From Strigamia acuminata (lineage: Eukaryota), in NCBI GenBank assembly GCA_949358305.1, contig OX442314.1, forward strand, positions 31,310,001-31,374,000: a stretch of DNA of 64,000 bases, in the 5' to 3' direction. Made by a program: the position numbers and the translations under genes. This document shows positions 38,173 through 51,553 of this stretch, one piece after another. Numbering within the stretch: the first letter of the stretch is position 1; the number at the start of each line of letters is the position of its first letter. The notes under the pieces were generated by a model. That model saw only the letters and a program-made list of their open reading frames with translations, searched no databases and was not told where the DNA came from.

Positions 38173-40078
38173 TAACTACTGTCGAAAGACAGTAAAACAA
38201 ATATAATAAGAATGTATTAGTTTTTAAATGATAAAAACGGATTAAGCACTGACAGTAAGTTTTTTTTGGCAATCATGCTTGTGCTTATTGTTTATATCAA
38301 ATTAAATAATCAATGCCAGAAAATGTTGAGAGACCGGTCAGAATACCAATTACTGATCCAATATTGGAAAACAGTTTTCTCAGTGGTACCATTGTAAAGT
38401 ATGCATTGGTTATGAACTAGTTATACTCAGATATTTTACACGTTGAGTTTTTCTATGCTGTAGCAAATTAAGCTGTAGGCACGTCCCCTTTTTAAATTGT
38501 ATTTCGATTGCTCCTTCCAGGAAGCATGGGCTAAAATTCCAATGTCTGATCCTCAAAAAATGACCAGTAGCTGTGTGATGTTTCGGTCCTCCTTTGTGTG
38601 GGTTCGTGTTGGTTAATGAAAACCAACTGAGAAATAAAGTAAAGTCTCTTTTTGGGCACAAATATTTAGATGTTTATTCTTTTGAAAGCAAGTAGCAACT
38701 GTACAATCATAATATTTTGATGTAAAAGGAATATTTCTTAATTCCCTAAACTCATTAATGCTAAGACTGGACTTATCAAAATAATACTTCTAACTAAACT
38801 TAATTTAACCTCCAAACTAAGTTCCAAAATGGTGGGAATAAACACAATGTTATTTCTCAAATGCACTGAAATTTATTCAGACTTTGTATTTTATTTAGTA
38901 AATTTATTCTAAGTTAAATGACGAGAATTTAGTGATAAAACGTTATACAAATATTAATAATAAAGACAAATTAAATGTTCAATCAAAAAGTTAACTATGA
39001 GAAAGAGGATAAGGAAAAATAGGAAATTATAAAGCAAAACGTCTGCACGTCGACTCCACGTCTCGGAAGCGACGATTTCGTTGACAATTCGTCTCCGACG
39101 CTCGGCTCGATCTCGTTGAACACGAACAACGGACTCAATTCCGCGAAAGTATCTTTCCGGACTCAATTCCGACTCTTCAAACTCCTCAAACTCGGCTGAC
39201 TCCGTCTCAGCGGTGATTCGCAACGCGGCGGCTGCGACGACTCGATTGCGGCTAATTCCGCTTGAACTTCTCACACTGAACTCGCAACGCGTATGTCGCG
39301 ATTGGCAAAATCTCGTTCCAACAATGGCTGTTGGACAAGAATAAACTCTCACAGACGTATTCTCACGGCTGCAAGAATGAATTCTAGCTGGATCCCTCAC
39401 AGCAAGAATGGTTTTCCCACTGTTGTTTTGACTTGACAACAGCAAGAATATCTCACAATTACTTTGGTAATTGCAAGAAAAGAGTCTCAATACTCGATTG
39501 AAGTTCTCAAAAACTGCTCAGCATGGTTTGTTTCCAGTGGTAGTTTTCAAGGTGTTTTTCTCTCAAGTGTTGGTTTCAGACTCACTCGTTTTCTTGTCTG
39601 CAGGAAGCACTTCCTGTTTGAGAATGCTGTGGGCTGGTTTCCTTGGCAACCACCCACATATTCTCCCGTTGTCTGACTTCCTTGTCTAGACATGTATATA
39701 AAAAATAAGCTCAAATATAAAATAAAACAACTCTTTCAGACTCATTTCTGATTCTTCTTCTAGTGACCACTAGGGTCACTAGAAGTGTCTTAAATGAACC
39801 AGGATCCTCCCTTCAGTTCTTCAGGTTGCACAAACGGCTGCTATTGGTTCCTGTTGGTTGCTAATACCGTTTCAGTAATGCGTAGACGTTACTGCACCAT
39901 TGCCAATTGGTTTTGAGAGATTTCCAGGATTATATATTAATTAATAAAAAAATTAATATTTTTAATATATAAATAAATGTATTTGCATACCAAAGAGCTG
40001 TTTTGAATTGTTGTGTACATTGAAATTGTGAATATGCCGTGGAAAACGAGCTGTATATAAATTTAGAAATGAGTAAAA

Positions 40079-41714
40079 TTAAATAATAAATGCTAAATTA
40101 ATACTTACCATAAATGCTGTCAGAATGTACAGCCGAACAAACATCATCTTTTTGGATTGAACTGGTTGAACCAAAGCTACTGAATAAAGTGTGTATTCTG
40201 AACTATTGCAGACACTTGTCGTATGATACTTTAGGTACTTGTCAATCATTTTAGAATACAAATTCTTTATTATTTCTACCTTTTTTGATCCAAAATCATA
40301 AATAATTACAGTAGAAGAACTGGGATGTGTTAAATACAAAAACTTCTTAGTTTGATCCTTACAACCTTTTAATAAAGGTCCATGCATGACAATATTACAA
40401 ACATATACATCAACAGGTTTGAGTTCCTTGATTATGTTGTAATTTTTACCTGACTTGATAAATATATTTTTCGTTCTAATGTGACTCCAAAATTTATCTA
40501 AGCTCATTGCCTTGACGAGCTTGTATGCGTACAATATACATTTCATACATATTATGTATGAGATACAGATATGGGTATTTAGCAGGTTTTTTAATGTGTT
40601 ACTCTTACTTTTATAACAGACAAGATGTTAATAAAACCTCATCTTTTTTTAATGTAATTTTCATATTGTCGGAAAGAATACAATTCTTCATTGACTTTAT
40701 TACCGGCCCAATTTGTAAATTTTTACCTCATGTGTTTTTTTTTTTGCTGGATATATATTTTTTAAATCTGTTACAGTTGAAATTAGTATTTCACACTTTT
40801 TCTTAAGAGTCTCAATTATGAATTGACCATGCAGTGTTTTTAAATTACTAATAGTAACACATGCATTTTCTTTTACAGTTCCATCCAATTTTAAAATCGG
40901 GGGGTAATAGCAAGTTTCCTGTTTTTCCAACAAAAACAAATCACTAAATGGCAGAGTTAGCGCCATAGTATTTACGATAATCGTTCAAATATCCGGAAAT
41001 TAACTCCTCAGCTGAACGTTCGTGACAGTTTAATGTTACTCTGTACACATCCCGAAATTTTGGGACTGTTTTGCTAATGTCTAAACCCTGGTCTAATTCC
41101 ACCTCCGCCCCACTCCAAACGATATTACTTTGACCATCTGTGAATGCTGTGTTCAGCCAGAACTGATTTTTCAAGGCTGCATTGAATAGGAGAAAAAGTT
41201 TTCTATCCCAGAAAACTCTTATTGCTATTAATGATACGTTTTGACGATTTTCAATTTCATAAGAAATTATAAAAAAATTTCTATTTGAACTGAAAGAAAA
41301 ATAATTTACCATTTTCAATATAACAAATCTGAAATATAATAATAACTTAACTTACTTGTTCTTTTTCTTGATGTCCCTGATGACCGAATAAATAGTACTA
41401 TTTATGAATGTTTTCTGGTCCACAATCTCTTCGGGATCATTAACAAGCTCAGCTAGTCCAGGGCTACCGTACACGTACCTCAAAAAACTTGCTATTTGCT
41501 GTTCATTTAGCCCATTAAGATCTTGGGTCATCTGTTGGGAAATTGCCTGTAGCTGCTGTTGATTTGAAATCAGTGGCGTAAGCAGCTTCTGCTCTTGAAG
41601 AATTATCTTCTCCAGTAGGGATTGTATATACAACTGAGTCGGCTGCGGTTGCTGGAACGGCTGCTGGGCTAAGAATGAATTACTGTAGTTAATCATTCTA
41701 AAATATAAGAACAA
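40079..41714 (-). pseudogene. Unknown multicopy gene, copy 3
   Basis: ORFs at 41352-41714 and 40944-41318 are nearly identical to copy 1 but have a shorter Q-rich tract. Confidence 0.8.
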
Positions 41715-42069
41715 TGTTCATGATAACTATGTACACACCCTGTCTGACATGAAATTAATTAGTGATTTTAATGTGAAAATGGGAATTTCATCTTGTGCTA
41801 TCAAAAATTGTTTTCTACAAGTTGAAAAAGTATCTCTTAGTGTAATTTCAATTCAGTTGAATAGAAATTAATTAGTGTTTTAATGTGAAAATGGGAATTT
41901 TATCCCGTGCTATCAAAAATTGTCAAGTCAGTTGAATAGAGCAAGGTCTACCACATCTCAATAAATAATGACAAAAGAAGTTGACTGAGAGAAAGAAGTG
42001 TGGGTTAAACGAACAGGAGTAGTTTCAGTTTGAAAGTTCGAAAATTTCAAAAATTCGAAAATTCGAAAA

Positions 42070-42770
42070 TTTGTGATTGCGTTTTGGTGTTATCTAACCC
42101 CGGGTCTAATTCCACCTCCGCCCCACTTCAAACGATATTACTTTGTCCATTTGGGAATGCTGTGTTTAGTCCGAACTGATACATCAGAGTCCCAGAAAAC
42201 TGTTCTTGCAATTAATGATAAATTTTTGAAATTTTGAATTTTATACGAAATTATATAAAAATTTCTTTGCAAACTGAAAAAAAGATGATATACCATTTTA
42301 AATATAAGAAATCTGAAATATAATAACTTAAGTGACTTGTTTTTTTTCCTGATGTTGCGTATGACCGAATAAACACAAGCTTGATTATAAAATTCATGAA
42401 AAATGTAAATTCAAAATTCAAAATTCATGAATACAAAACGTAATTAAAAGGTATAAATACAAATTCCTTATTATTTCTACCTTCTTTGATCCAAAATCAT
42501 AAATAATTACAGTAGAAGAACTGGGATGTGTTAAATACAAAAACTTCTTAGTTTGTTCCTTACGACCTTTTAATAAAGGTCCATGCATGACAATATTACA
42601 AACATATACGTCAACAGGTTTGAGTTCCTTGATTATGTTGATGGTACTTGTAATTTTTTCCTGACTTGATAAAAATATGTTTCGTTCTAATGTGACTCCA
42701 AAATTTATCAAGATCATTGCCTTGACGAGCTTGTGTGCGTACAATAGACATTACATACATATTATGCATG
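42070..42770 (-). pseudogene. Unknown multicopy gene, copy 4 (rearranged fragments)
   Basis: 42418-42744 repeats KELKPVDVYVCNIVMHGPLLKG. 42070-42370 matches the intron/exon-2 region. Confidence 0.7.
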
Positions 42771-44089
42771 GGAATGGGTGTGGTGTTGTCTGATCCTATA
42801 CAACAAATCGTTGCCTTGGTTGCATTTCATTTGTTGAAGGTGATGGTGTTGCTCTTGGTGTCAGATCGATTACCTGTCGCACAGGGATGTCAACTACCAG
42901 TTCATCTATCACCTCGGAACCTGCTTAACCCAAAAAAATAAAATGAGCAAATAATTGTTTGGTCATCTGATTTACATAGATACCTAAATTTAATCTGTCC
43001 TCATTTAAGGATTCATCATTCCTTTCTGCAGCACTATGCTCAATTACAGCCCCTGAGTTGTTTAAATAACTGATGGTATTGCTGTAATGAATCCATTTCT
43101 TGATGAAAAATGAAAAACCAAGGGCATCTTTGGAAAAGTTTTTCTGTAAAATTTTTTTTAAAAAATTATATGCATAAATTAATTAATTCAAATTTTATAC
43201 CTTCAAAGGACTCATTTCTTTCATCTACACGAACTCCTTCACCTGTGTTGTCAGCCCATTTATTTGTTTCGACATTTTTTTAAAAATATTGTTTCCTTGG
43301 AACTTTGGGCATTCGCTGATTTGCCCAGAATTTGACACTCAGCAAACATCCTTTTTAAATAATCTTTTACTTCTCTCCTGATCCAGTAACACCCTAAAAA
43401 ATTAATAAATTGATTAAAAGTTATAAAATGTCTATGTCAATCCCAGGTAGTCTATAATTTGTTCACCTTGCCCTGATAATTTCTGCTGGCATACAAGCTA
43501 GTTATAATATGAGTGCAAGGTGCAGTAAAGTTTAAATATTGCACCATGAGCAGTTCAATTTTGGCAATATTAAATCAATATTGAACCAAAACTGGTCCAA
43601 AATACTACTTGAGTTAAATTTCTACTGACATGATCTAATTAGTAAATATAAAATTATATTCTAAATAGCAACTAACAATACTCGAATGACAACAATAGTG
43701 ACAACAATAAATGTTTGTAATGTTAAATGTTTTAATTAAACACGAGATAAAATATAAGTACAAAGCTTACATTTAAAGCATTTGATAAACTGGAATAAAT
43801 AACACTAAGTTACATTAAACTGAATAAGGTTTACAAAGAATAATTTTATCTAAGTTATTCTTAAAAGGTATGAAAAATAATCTAAATTATGTTGAGATAA
43901 CACTGAAAATAATCTAAGTTAAACTAGGCTTAACCCTAAAGAAAGAAAAATATTCTACATTCCTACAACTCTTTCAGAGCCCAAACCACTTTTTATTTAT
44001 CAACACTTCTTTATTTCCTATTTGCCTCTGGTCACTGTGAGCTGTTAGGCTGTGTGGTAAAGTCTTTTCCAACAGCCTCAGCCATTTCT

Positions 44090-45810
44090 AAACGATGCAT
44101 CTGGTACTGTGTTTTAGTAAAGGATGTTTTCCATCTTACATACAGCATGTCGATGGGTTATTAGCGAGAAATTTGTTGTTCTTCAAGATAGTAAAACAAA
44201 TATAATAAAAATGTATTAGTTTTTAAATGATAAAAACGGATTAAGCACTAACAGTAAGTTTTTTTTTGCAATCATGCTTGTGCTTATTGTTTATATCAAA
44301 TTAAATAATCAATGCCAGAAAATGTTGAGAGACCAGTCAGAATACCAATTACTGATTCAATATCGGAAAACAGTTTTCTCAGTGGTACCATTGTAAAGTA
44401 TGCATTGGTTATGTAACTAGTTATACTCGTATATTTTATACGTTGAGTTTTTCTATGCCGTAGGAAATTAAGCTGTAGGCACGTCCCTTTTTAAATTGTA
44501 GTTCGATTGTTCTTTCCAGGAAGCATGGGCTAAAATTCCAATGTCCGATCTTTCAAAAAATGACCAGTAGCTGTGTGATGTTTTTTGTCCTCCTCTGTGT
44601 GGGTTCTATTTGATCCTTGTAGGCAACTTATAACAACTATTTGATCCGTAGCTATACTATAAACCTAGAGTCCCTGATTGTTAATTCTATAAAAAATAGG
44701 ATAATGTCCAAGCAACATTTGCTTTCTACACAACAACTGAATTGATTTTTGAATTTTGATCTCTCGCATATAATGAGTATTCACAACTCCAATATGGATA
44801 ACGGAGAACTGCAACAGTGGGATTGCAAGTTTGAAACGGACCTTCCTTACAATTAAAAACCGTATATTCATCCAAAAGAATGTAAGACTGACTGTCCTCT
44901 GACACTGCAATATGCTGATGCAAGGTGGAGGAAACAACAGAAAACCCTGTACGGTTATCATGTACTGGAATAGTAACGATTCTATAGACATCAAACATTT
45001 CGGCCAAAGTTTTTAGTGGCAGCGGAAAACTCAGACGAAGTCTTCCAACACAAGCAATTGAGGTAACTTCTAATCCCTCATAATATTTACACATGTTTTC
45101 CTTTGTGGGTGGTATAATCAAATGCATATCTCGAGGTAATTGGCGCTTTACGTTTCCAACACTTCTATATAGTTCTTTTGTTGAAGAAAATATGGACTGA
45201 ATCGCCGTTGTGTCAAAAGTTCCAAAGCAACCACTAATCTTTAAATTTATCGTGAAGAGTCCGCTCGAATTGTTTCCAATAAATAAACTTGTGATTTGAT
45301 TAAGGCTAATTTTTCTTCATGCAAGACCTTTTTTTCTAAAGTTATCAAAGCCTTCCGTGCTTCTTCTCCCTTTTCTATCAAATGTTTAGTGACTGTTGCT
45401 TCTTCTTCCATAACATGTATAATTTTCTCCATGTGTAGTTTTAATCCCTCCATTTTGTTACTTGTTACAAGTCTTCATCCATAGCTGTTCCAAAAAGAAA
45501 TTTTAAAACTGATCCTCCCCCATCTATGATGCCTCTTTTTCCTTGTGTAACTGTAAATGTGTCTTCTAATTCAAACAGTCTCGTCATCATTCTATTTGTT
45601 TCATCAATAACTCGATCTAACTCTACCTGAATTGTTTTTCTTATCAATGTTTCAAATTCATGTTGGTCAAGAACGGCTCGGATCGACCCTGTATATCCTC
45701 CAGCAGCAGAATGTTGTCACTGTAAAGTTCTGTGATAACAAATATTTCCTCCGTCAAGGGCAAAAAAGGCTTTCACCTGAAACAAGTTTGGATTGGGCAG
45801 CTTATGGGCC
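44090..45810 (-). pseudogene. Baculovirus F/errantivirus-type envelope fusion protein (frameshifted)
   Basis: Cleavage site plus fusion peptide QGKR|GIIDGGGSVLKFLFGT, a heptad region, then YRIVTIPV...IAVSED..SY...C....TC.P...SCEYSLY and a C-terminal hydrophobic segment. Confidence 0.85.
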
Positions 45811-45840
45811 CTAATGGTGACTCTTTTGCCGACCTCTAAA

Positions 45841-46047
45841 CTAATGCTGCTCCTCTTTCGATCGTAAAACTTCTAGTTTTGCTTGAGCTAGAGCTTTCCT
45901 TTCCACTGCCAAATACCCCATGTGAACGAGCATTTTGTTCGAGTTGTATTCTTTCTCTATGTGATCTAGTTCCTCATGCAAATTAGAATCCTTGTAAAAT
46001 TCAATCTCGGATTCGATATCAGAGGGTAAATCTGCACTGTCAGCCAT
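45841..46047 (-). CDS. Small 68-aa ORF, unknown, acidic/coiled-coil
   Basis: ATG in AAACAATGG context, located between the PC4-like gene and env. Confidence 0.4.
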   Translation of the reverse strand: MADSADLPSDIESEIEFYKDSNLHEELDHIEKEYNSNKMLVHMGYLAVERKALAQAKLEVLRSKEEQH

Positions 46048-46201
46048 TGTTTAAAATATAAATGATGACAATATATGCAAATATCGGTAAAAAGGTACAA
46101 GTTATGACAAACAAGTACCAGATATAATAAAGAATTACGAGGTATATCAAATATGCAAAAAGTAATGAAAAAAGTAAGCGTAAAAGAAAAAAATGTCTGA
46201 A

Positions 46202-46976
46202 TTATTCATCCAAATCAACTATCTGACTGCTCAAACAATTCTTCATCATCATTCTCCTTGCCTTCGTGCGTTTAGGAACTGGCAACGGATTCTTGCAGGG
46301 ACGGTCCCGTTTCTTCAACCCTTTTGGTTCACCTTCTCCCGTCAACGGTTTTGATGAAGTTGGAGTCGCAAAGAGATCGAGCTCTGGCTTTTTCACATCG
46401 GGTTGTTCTTCAACCACGTCCACCTCAACCGCGTTGATTTCGGCGGCAAACTTCTGCTCGGATACAGTATTCTTAACCTCGTAAATACTACGCGCGATGT
46501 TCATTTGCAGCTGCATCAATTTCTTGAATACAGGAACGGTGAGATCAACCGTTTTAGCATCAAACTGAAAAAATATTATTGATTAAAAATTTTTACAACT
46601 CTAAAATAATAATTGTTCAAATAGTTTCAACAAACCTCTAGTACAAAACGCAAGGTGACGGTTTGAAATGAGTCACTCTTGAATATTTTTGCAAAATAGT
46701 TCTCGCCAAAACGAGCGATTTGTTCGTCGCAACAAACGGCGCGACAGCAATCGTAAACTTTAGGCCCCCGCGGGTCCTCGCGGGCCAGGCCTTCACAAAC
46801 GAATCCCAACATTCCCCGTTGTATGCAAGCCCGGAAACGGTGGGGGTTAAAGCTTTGTTGACAGGTTAGATTTTGTAATGGTGAACGTGGACCAATATTC
46901 TATCTTTGTACTCGTTTACCGTTGCGTACAAATCTTCGTTTGTGATGTAAGATTGAGGCTGGGGATTAGAGGCCAT
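46202..46976 (-). pseudogene. Spliced PC4-like (ssDNA-binding fold) gene, probably two PC4-like repeats plus a basic tail
   Basis: LYATVNEYKDRILVHVHHYKI*...PTVSGLAYNGECWDSFVK follows the PC4 pattern. A GT...AG intron at 46635-46565 joins ORF 46627-46812 in frame to ORF 46202-46519. One stop and one frameshift. Confidence 0.6.
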
Positions 46977-47989
46977 GTTTTAGCTTAAATTAAAAAGAAA
47001 ATACTTCAGTAAAACAGATGTACAAATAATAAAAAATATTTGGGAAAGTAAAAAGAAAAATAAAGCAATTTGCAAACAGAAAGTGTGACTTACAATTCAA
47101 AAGAAACCTTTCGGGTGTCTCTTTTCTTCACAACGTCGAAACGAGAGTGAAGACATCGGAAATGCAGTGTCTTTTTCGGAAAATTTCCATAAACAGGAAA
47201 TTAGTTGACATTTCACATTTTGAAATGTCACAACAGTTCTTGGAAATGTTTTTGTACATTTAAGTGAAAAAAGTGTTTTTAAGTGTTATTCAAGTGAAAA
47301 AATACATTAAGTTTAAGCAATAAATTCGCAACTTATTGGAAATGTCAGAAAACTTCCTTTTTACTTTATTCACAGATCTGCTTCCTTTTAACTTTTGATG
47401 TAAGTAACAGAAGAGTTATAAAAGAGAGAGAAATGTCAAGCAAATCCAGGAAGTTAATGTCAAGCAGACTAGCTTTTTAATTTATGTAAACAAAATTTTT
47501 TTTTTGTAAATTTACGAATTTGGTTTGAAACCATAAAATGCTAATATCTCAGAATGTTAGCGACGGATTTTTTTCATATTTAAACGAAAAGAAAGAGCAC
47601 ATTGTCCTGTCCTTAACCGTGAAATCCACAAAGCTCTAGCCCTATTCGTTTTCGAACGGCAAGCAATTGAATAAATTGCGACGAACATCAAATTTTTCCT
47701 TGAATTTCTCATTCATTTGCCAACTTTGGTGAATCGCGAATGTCAAGTTCAATAAAAGCCTTTAGAAATGGAAAAACACAGAACACTTTCATTTAAAATA
47801 AACGAAACAAAAAGGTAATGACAGAAATGAATGTGACATGAAATAAATTTTGATCTGGAAAAAACAGATCTTGAATAGGAAAGGATTTTTCAGTTGTTAG
47901 AAAATAAAACTCATTTTTTTCAGCACATGGAGTGGACCTTGCTTTATCAACATCATTTGCATAATAAACTATAAAAATAAAAATAAATC

Positions 47990-48256
47990 GTGGAAAAATT
48001 AATAAAAATAAATAAATCGTAAAAAAATTAATAAATATAAATAAATAAATCGTGAAAAAATTAATAAATATAAATAAATAAATCGTGAAAAAATTAATAA
48101 ATATAAATAAATAAATCGTGAAAAAATTAATAAATATAAATAAATAAATCGTGAAAAAATTAATAAATATAAATAAATAAATCGTGAAAAAATTAATAAA
48201 TATAAATAAATAAATCGTGAAAAAATTAATAAATATAAATAAATAAATAAATAAAT
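47990..48256. repeat. 33-bp AT-rich tandem repeat, ~8 copies
   Basis: Unit AAATAAATAAATCGTGAAAAAATTAATAAATAT. Confidence 0.92.
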
Positions 48257-48913
48257 AGTTCACATACTTCCAAATCTAAAGCCACTAAAGAAAAGAATAC
48301 TAGCAATTAAAAACATTTTAAACATCCACTTTGAAAACAAGATAAAATTAAAAGTTTAAAGAAAAAAATTAACTTTATTTTTCATTCAAAATTTAAATAT
48401 TAAAAAACCCTATTTGTCTTCACATCATTAAAACTTAGGGTATGGATTATTGCACCATCTTCTTCGGTGTTGAGAAGAACGTCTGGCATTGTTTTGTTTC
48501 AAAAACAAAAGGTGAAAAAAGAAAATGCATTGAAAAATACACAGGGGAAATCGAAACGAGGAAATCCAAAGCCAAACAATCAAGAGGAAAAAAGAAAGAC
48601 CGAAAAGTGGCGACACCAAGCGTCAAATATATAGCGGTTTTGGCCGGAATAATTTATAGCGGAAAAATTTATAGCGGAAAAATTTATAGCGGAAAAATTT
48701 GTGGCGGAAAAATTTGTGGCGGAAAAGTTTATGGCGGCGGATTTCCTCCGCTATAAATCCACTTTCTTCCGCTATGCAAACCCATTAACTACTCATTAAT
48801 AGTTTAAAATGTCCAACTTTATTCTTTGTTAATTGTTTTAAATTTTTTATTTTACCTTTGTGTGGTTTTCTATTTCAAATAATTTAAATAATTTTTCTTA
48901 ATTCAAGATCAAA

Positions 48914-49023
48914 ATGACTTTAAATTCCCAGCTTCATGTATACAAGTTGGATGAAGAAGATTTTTATGCAATTGTGACCGAACTTGAAGGGAGGATCCTG
49001 GCTCATTTAAGACAATATAGAAT
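48914..49023 (+). pseudogene. Truncated second PC4-like fragment
   Basis: EEDFYAIVTELEGRILAHLRQYRI parallels NEDLYATVNEYKDRILVHVHHYKI and is cut by an LTR-like segment. Confidence 0.5.
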
Positions 49024-49409
49024 TGTTACACCATCTAGTGTTAATTGTGTAGATGTTCGGTTTGTTATCTCGTATTCCGACATAATATTGTCACGCGTAC
49101 AGACCGTCCCGATTGACGGGCGATCTTTAACGCGCAATTTGATCCATAATTTGTTTAACGTTGCTAAATTTCGGCCACAGATGGCGTTGACGACTGGAAA
49201 CCGTCATCGCCATGTGATGGACCGATCAATTCGATTATGGGGGTTAAAGGAGATTTCCTATAAATAAGCGAGCCCGATCTGAGACAGGTCTCTAGAGAGT
49301 CTGATGTCGCCCAATAAAGGGTCCAGCTGACTAACTATAACTGAATCATTGAATTATAATTAGGTAATCACACAGTTGTTTTATTAAACAGTTAATAAAG
49401 GTTGTAACA
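49024..49409 (+). repeat. Solo LTR-like segment
   Basis: TGTTACA...TGTAACA termini, TATAAAT near 49259, AATAAA near 49313 and 49394. No TSD found. Confidence 0.6.
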
Positions 49410-51553
49410 CTTAATGAATGTAAGATGACCATTTGTCCAATGAAAGTTCACAACTGAAAAGAATAATTGTGTACTGAATTTAATGAAGATCGAACAAACT
49501 TTGTTTGTCCGGTCAAATAAATATATCTGTTGAATTTGAAAACATAAATAAATCTCTTTCTTTCTTCTCATTCATAAACAAAACTCAGTCACGTGGAACC
49601 TGGTCAAAGGGGCTAGAATCCACGTAACAATATGGTTAATCTGTAGATTATTCATTTATTTGATATCACTTGTATTTCGTTCTGTTTATTATTAATTAAC
49701 GTTTTCACGTGCACTCGGTACGATGCACATTATATGGTTATTTATGCACTGGGACATCCGATGGTGGATCATCATGCACATGCCATTTGGCCTTTTGTTG
49801 AGGATAAACGCCTCATTGCGTTGGTGGCCCTTAGATTGGCAGAACCAGGCGATCCGGCAGGTGACAAGATACGGCTGCTGGAGGTCCCCGCGGTTCCAGT
49901 GGAGGTGACCAGGGACCAATAGCCGGAGGACGTGTTTGAAGATGAAATGATGGTGTTTGCTGATGGCGTTTGCACACGAACTCGATTGGGAATCAATCGA
50001 TCCGATTGTTGTTGGGTATCCCAATGGCGATCCGATTTCTGTTCAGAGGATCACAGAGACTGGGTGTCAGACGGGAAGACGACACTAGGTCTGGGAGGGC
50101 CAGCGAGGCTTAAACGCTCATTTCAGCGGTAAGGGATGACTGGTGGGAGTGCTATACGGACCACTTGGGCACTTGGTATGAGCTCCCACCTTTAACAGTC
50201 CCTGCCTCGGCAGAAGAAAGATGGGACGAGTAAGAATATAGAAAAAAAAGTCGAGGGGACTGTGAAATCAACTCCGAATTCCTACATCTTGAATTGTGAG
50301 GTGATGGGTTTGGTTTTTGTAATTTTCATAACTTCAGTGACACATTTGGTAATTTCTGTAATTATGGTGATTTTTTAGTTGTAGTAAATTTTGTAGTGTT
50401 TGTAGGTTTTGTGTTTTTCACGATTTTTACGGTTTTTGTGGTTCTTATGATTGCTGTAACATATTTTGATTTTTTTTTTAGTCTTATTGGTGTAATTTTG
50501 TGGAAATTTCCGTGTTTTCTGGAAGACATTTTGGTTCTTTGTTTTGGGGTATGTGTTTTGTTGTCGTGGTTTTGGGAATTTTTTGTAGTTTTCATAATTT
50601 TTGTGATTTTTGCGATTTTTGTGAGATTTTTGTAATTTGTGAGATTTTCGTGGTTTTATTTTTATTTTGGTTTTTTTCTTTTAGGTTTTCATGGGTTTTG
50701 TGATTATTGCTACGTTCATTTCGGGGCTATGGAATTTCTTTAGGATCATGTTTGGAAAGTGCATACTTTTGTTTTTCAGTCATATATGTGTACTGATATT
50801 CACATATTCGGAAGTTTGTGCGGTGGTGGTATATTTTATTTCATTGCATTTTGTAGGGGCTACACTATAGGTTTTGGGAGTTTAAAATTAACATTAAACT
50901 GTAGTAAACTGGGTTTATAAGTAAGGGGTGAGGTTTTCTGAGAGAAGTATACATGTATATTAAAATTGGAAATTTATAGTAATCTGGATGTATAAGTGAT
51001 ATTAGAGGAAGAATATTTTGTAATGTTTTGAGAATTGTTGCCTCTGGTTGTTTTGAGCAGTGGGTTGCGTGGAAGTAATTAAATTTAGAGAAATTGGATT
51101 AAATCTGGTTCATTGGTGGCTCATTGATTTTGGAGAAAAAGAAAGGAAGAAGTTGGAAAAGGATTCTAATTTTGAGTTTTTGAGTTTTGGTTTTATGCAA
51201 AATTTGTTTATTTCACATTTTATACTTGGTAAAACATGATTTTTTTACTTGGTATACTTTATGCTTGGTATTACATGATATTTCCGTGTATTTTAGTGTA
51301 TTTCTTACAGAATAAAAAGGAAAAGATATGATACATTGACCCCATGGAAAGGAGTCAATTGGTAATTGGAGGAAAATTAATAGAGATTATCAGAGAAAAT
51401 GGGAGTGATGCCCGGGAAATTGTTGTGTGAGGATCAAAGGTGAGAAGTTAATAGGTGGTGGGGTATGCACGTAATGGGTGTGGTGGTTGAAATGTAATAA
51501 GGTAGTTTAGCTGTAGCGGGTTATTGTGGAGTAATTTTTGTTTCAATCTGAGA

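Noticed and set aside
48914..49267. 117-aa ORF as an intact gene
   Set aside because: It is chimeric: only the first ~37 codons are PC4-like and the rest reads into an LTR-like segment.
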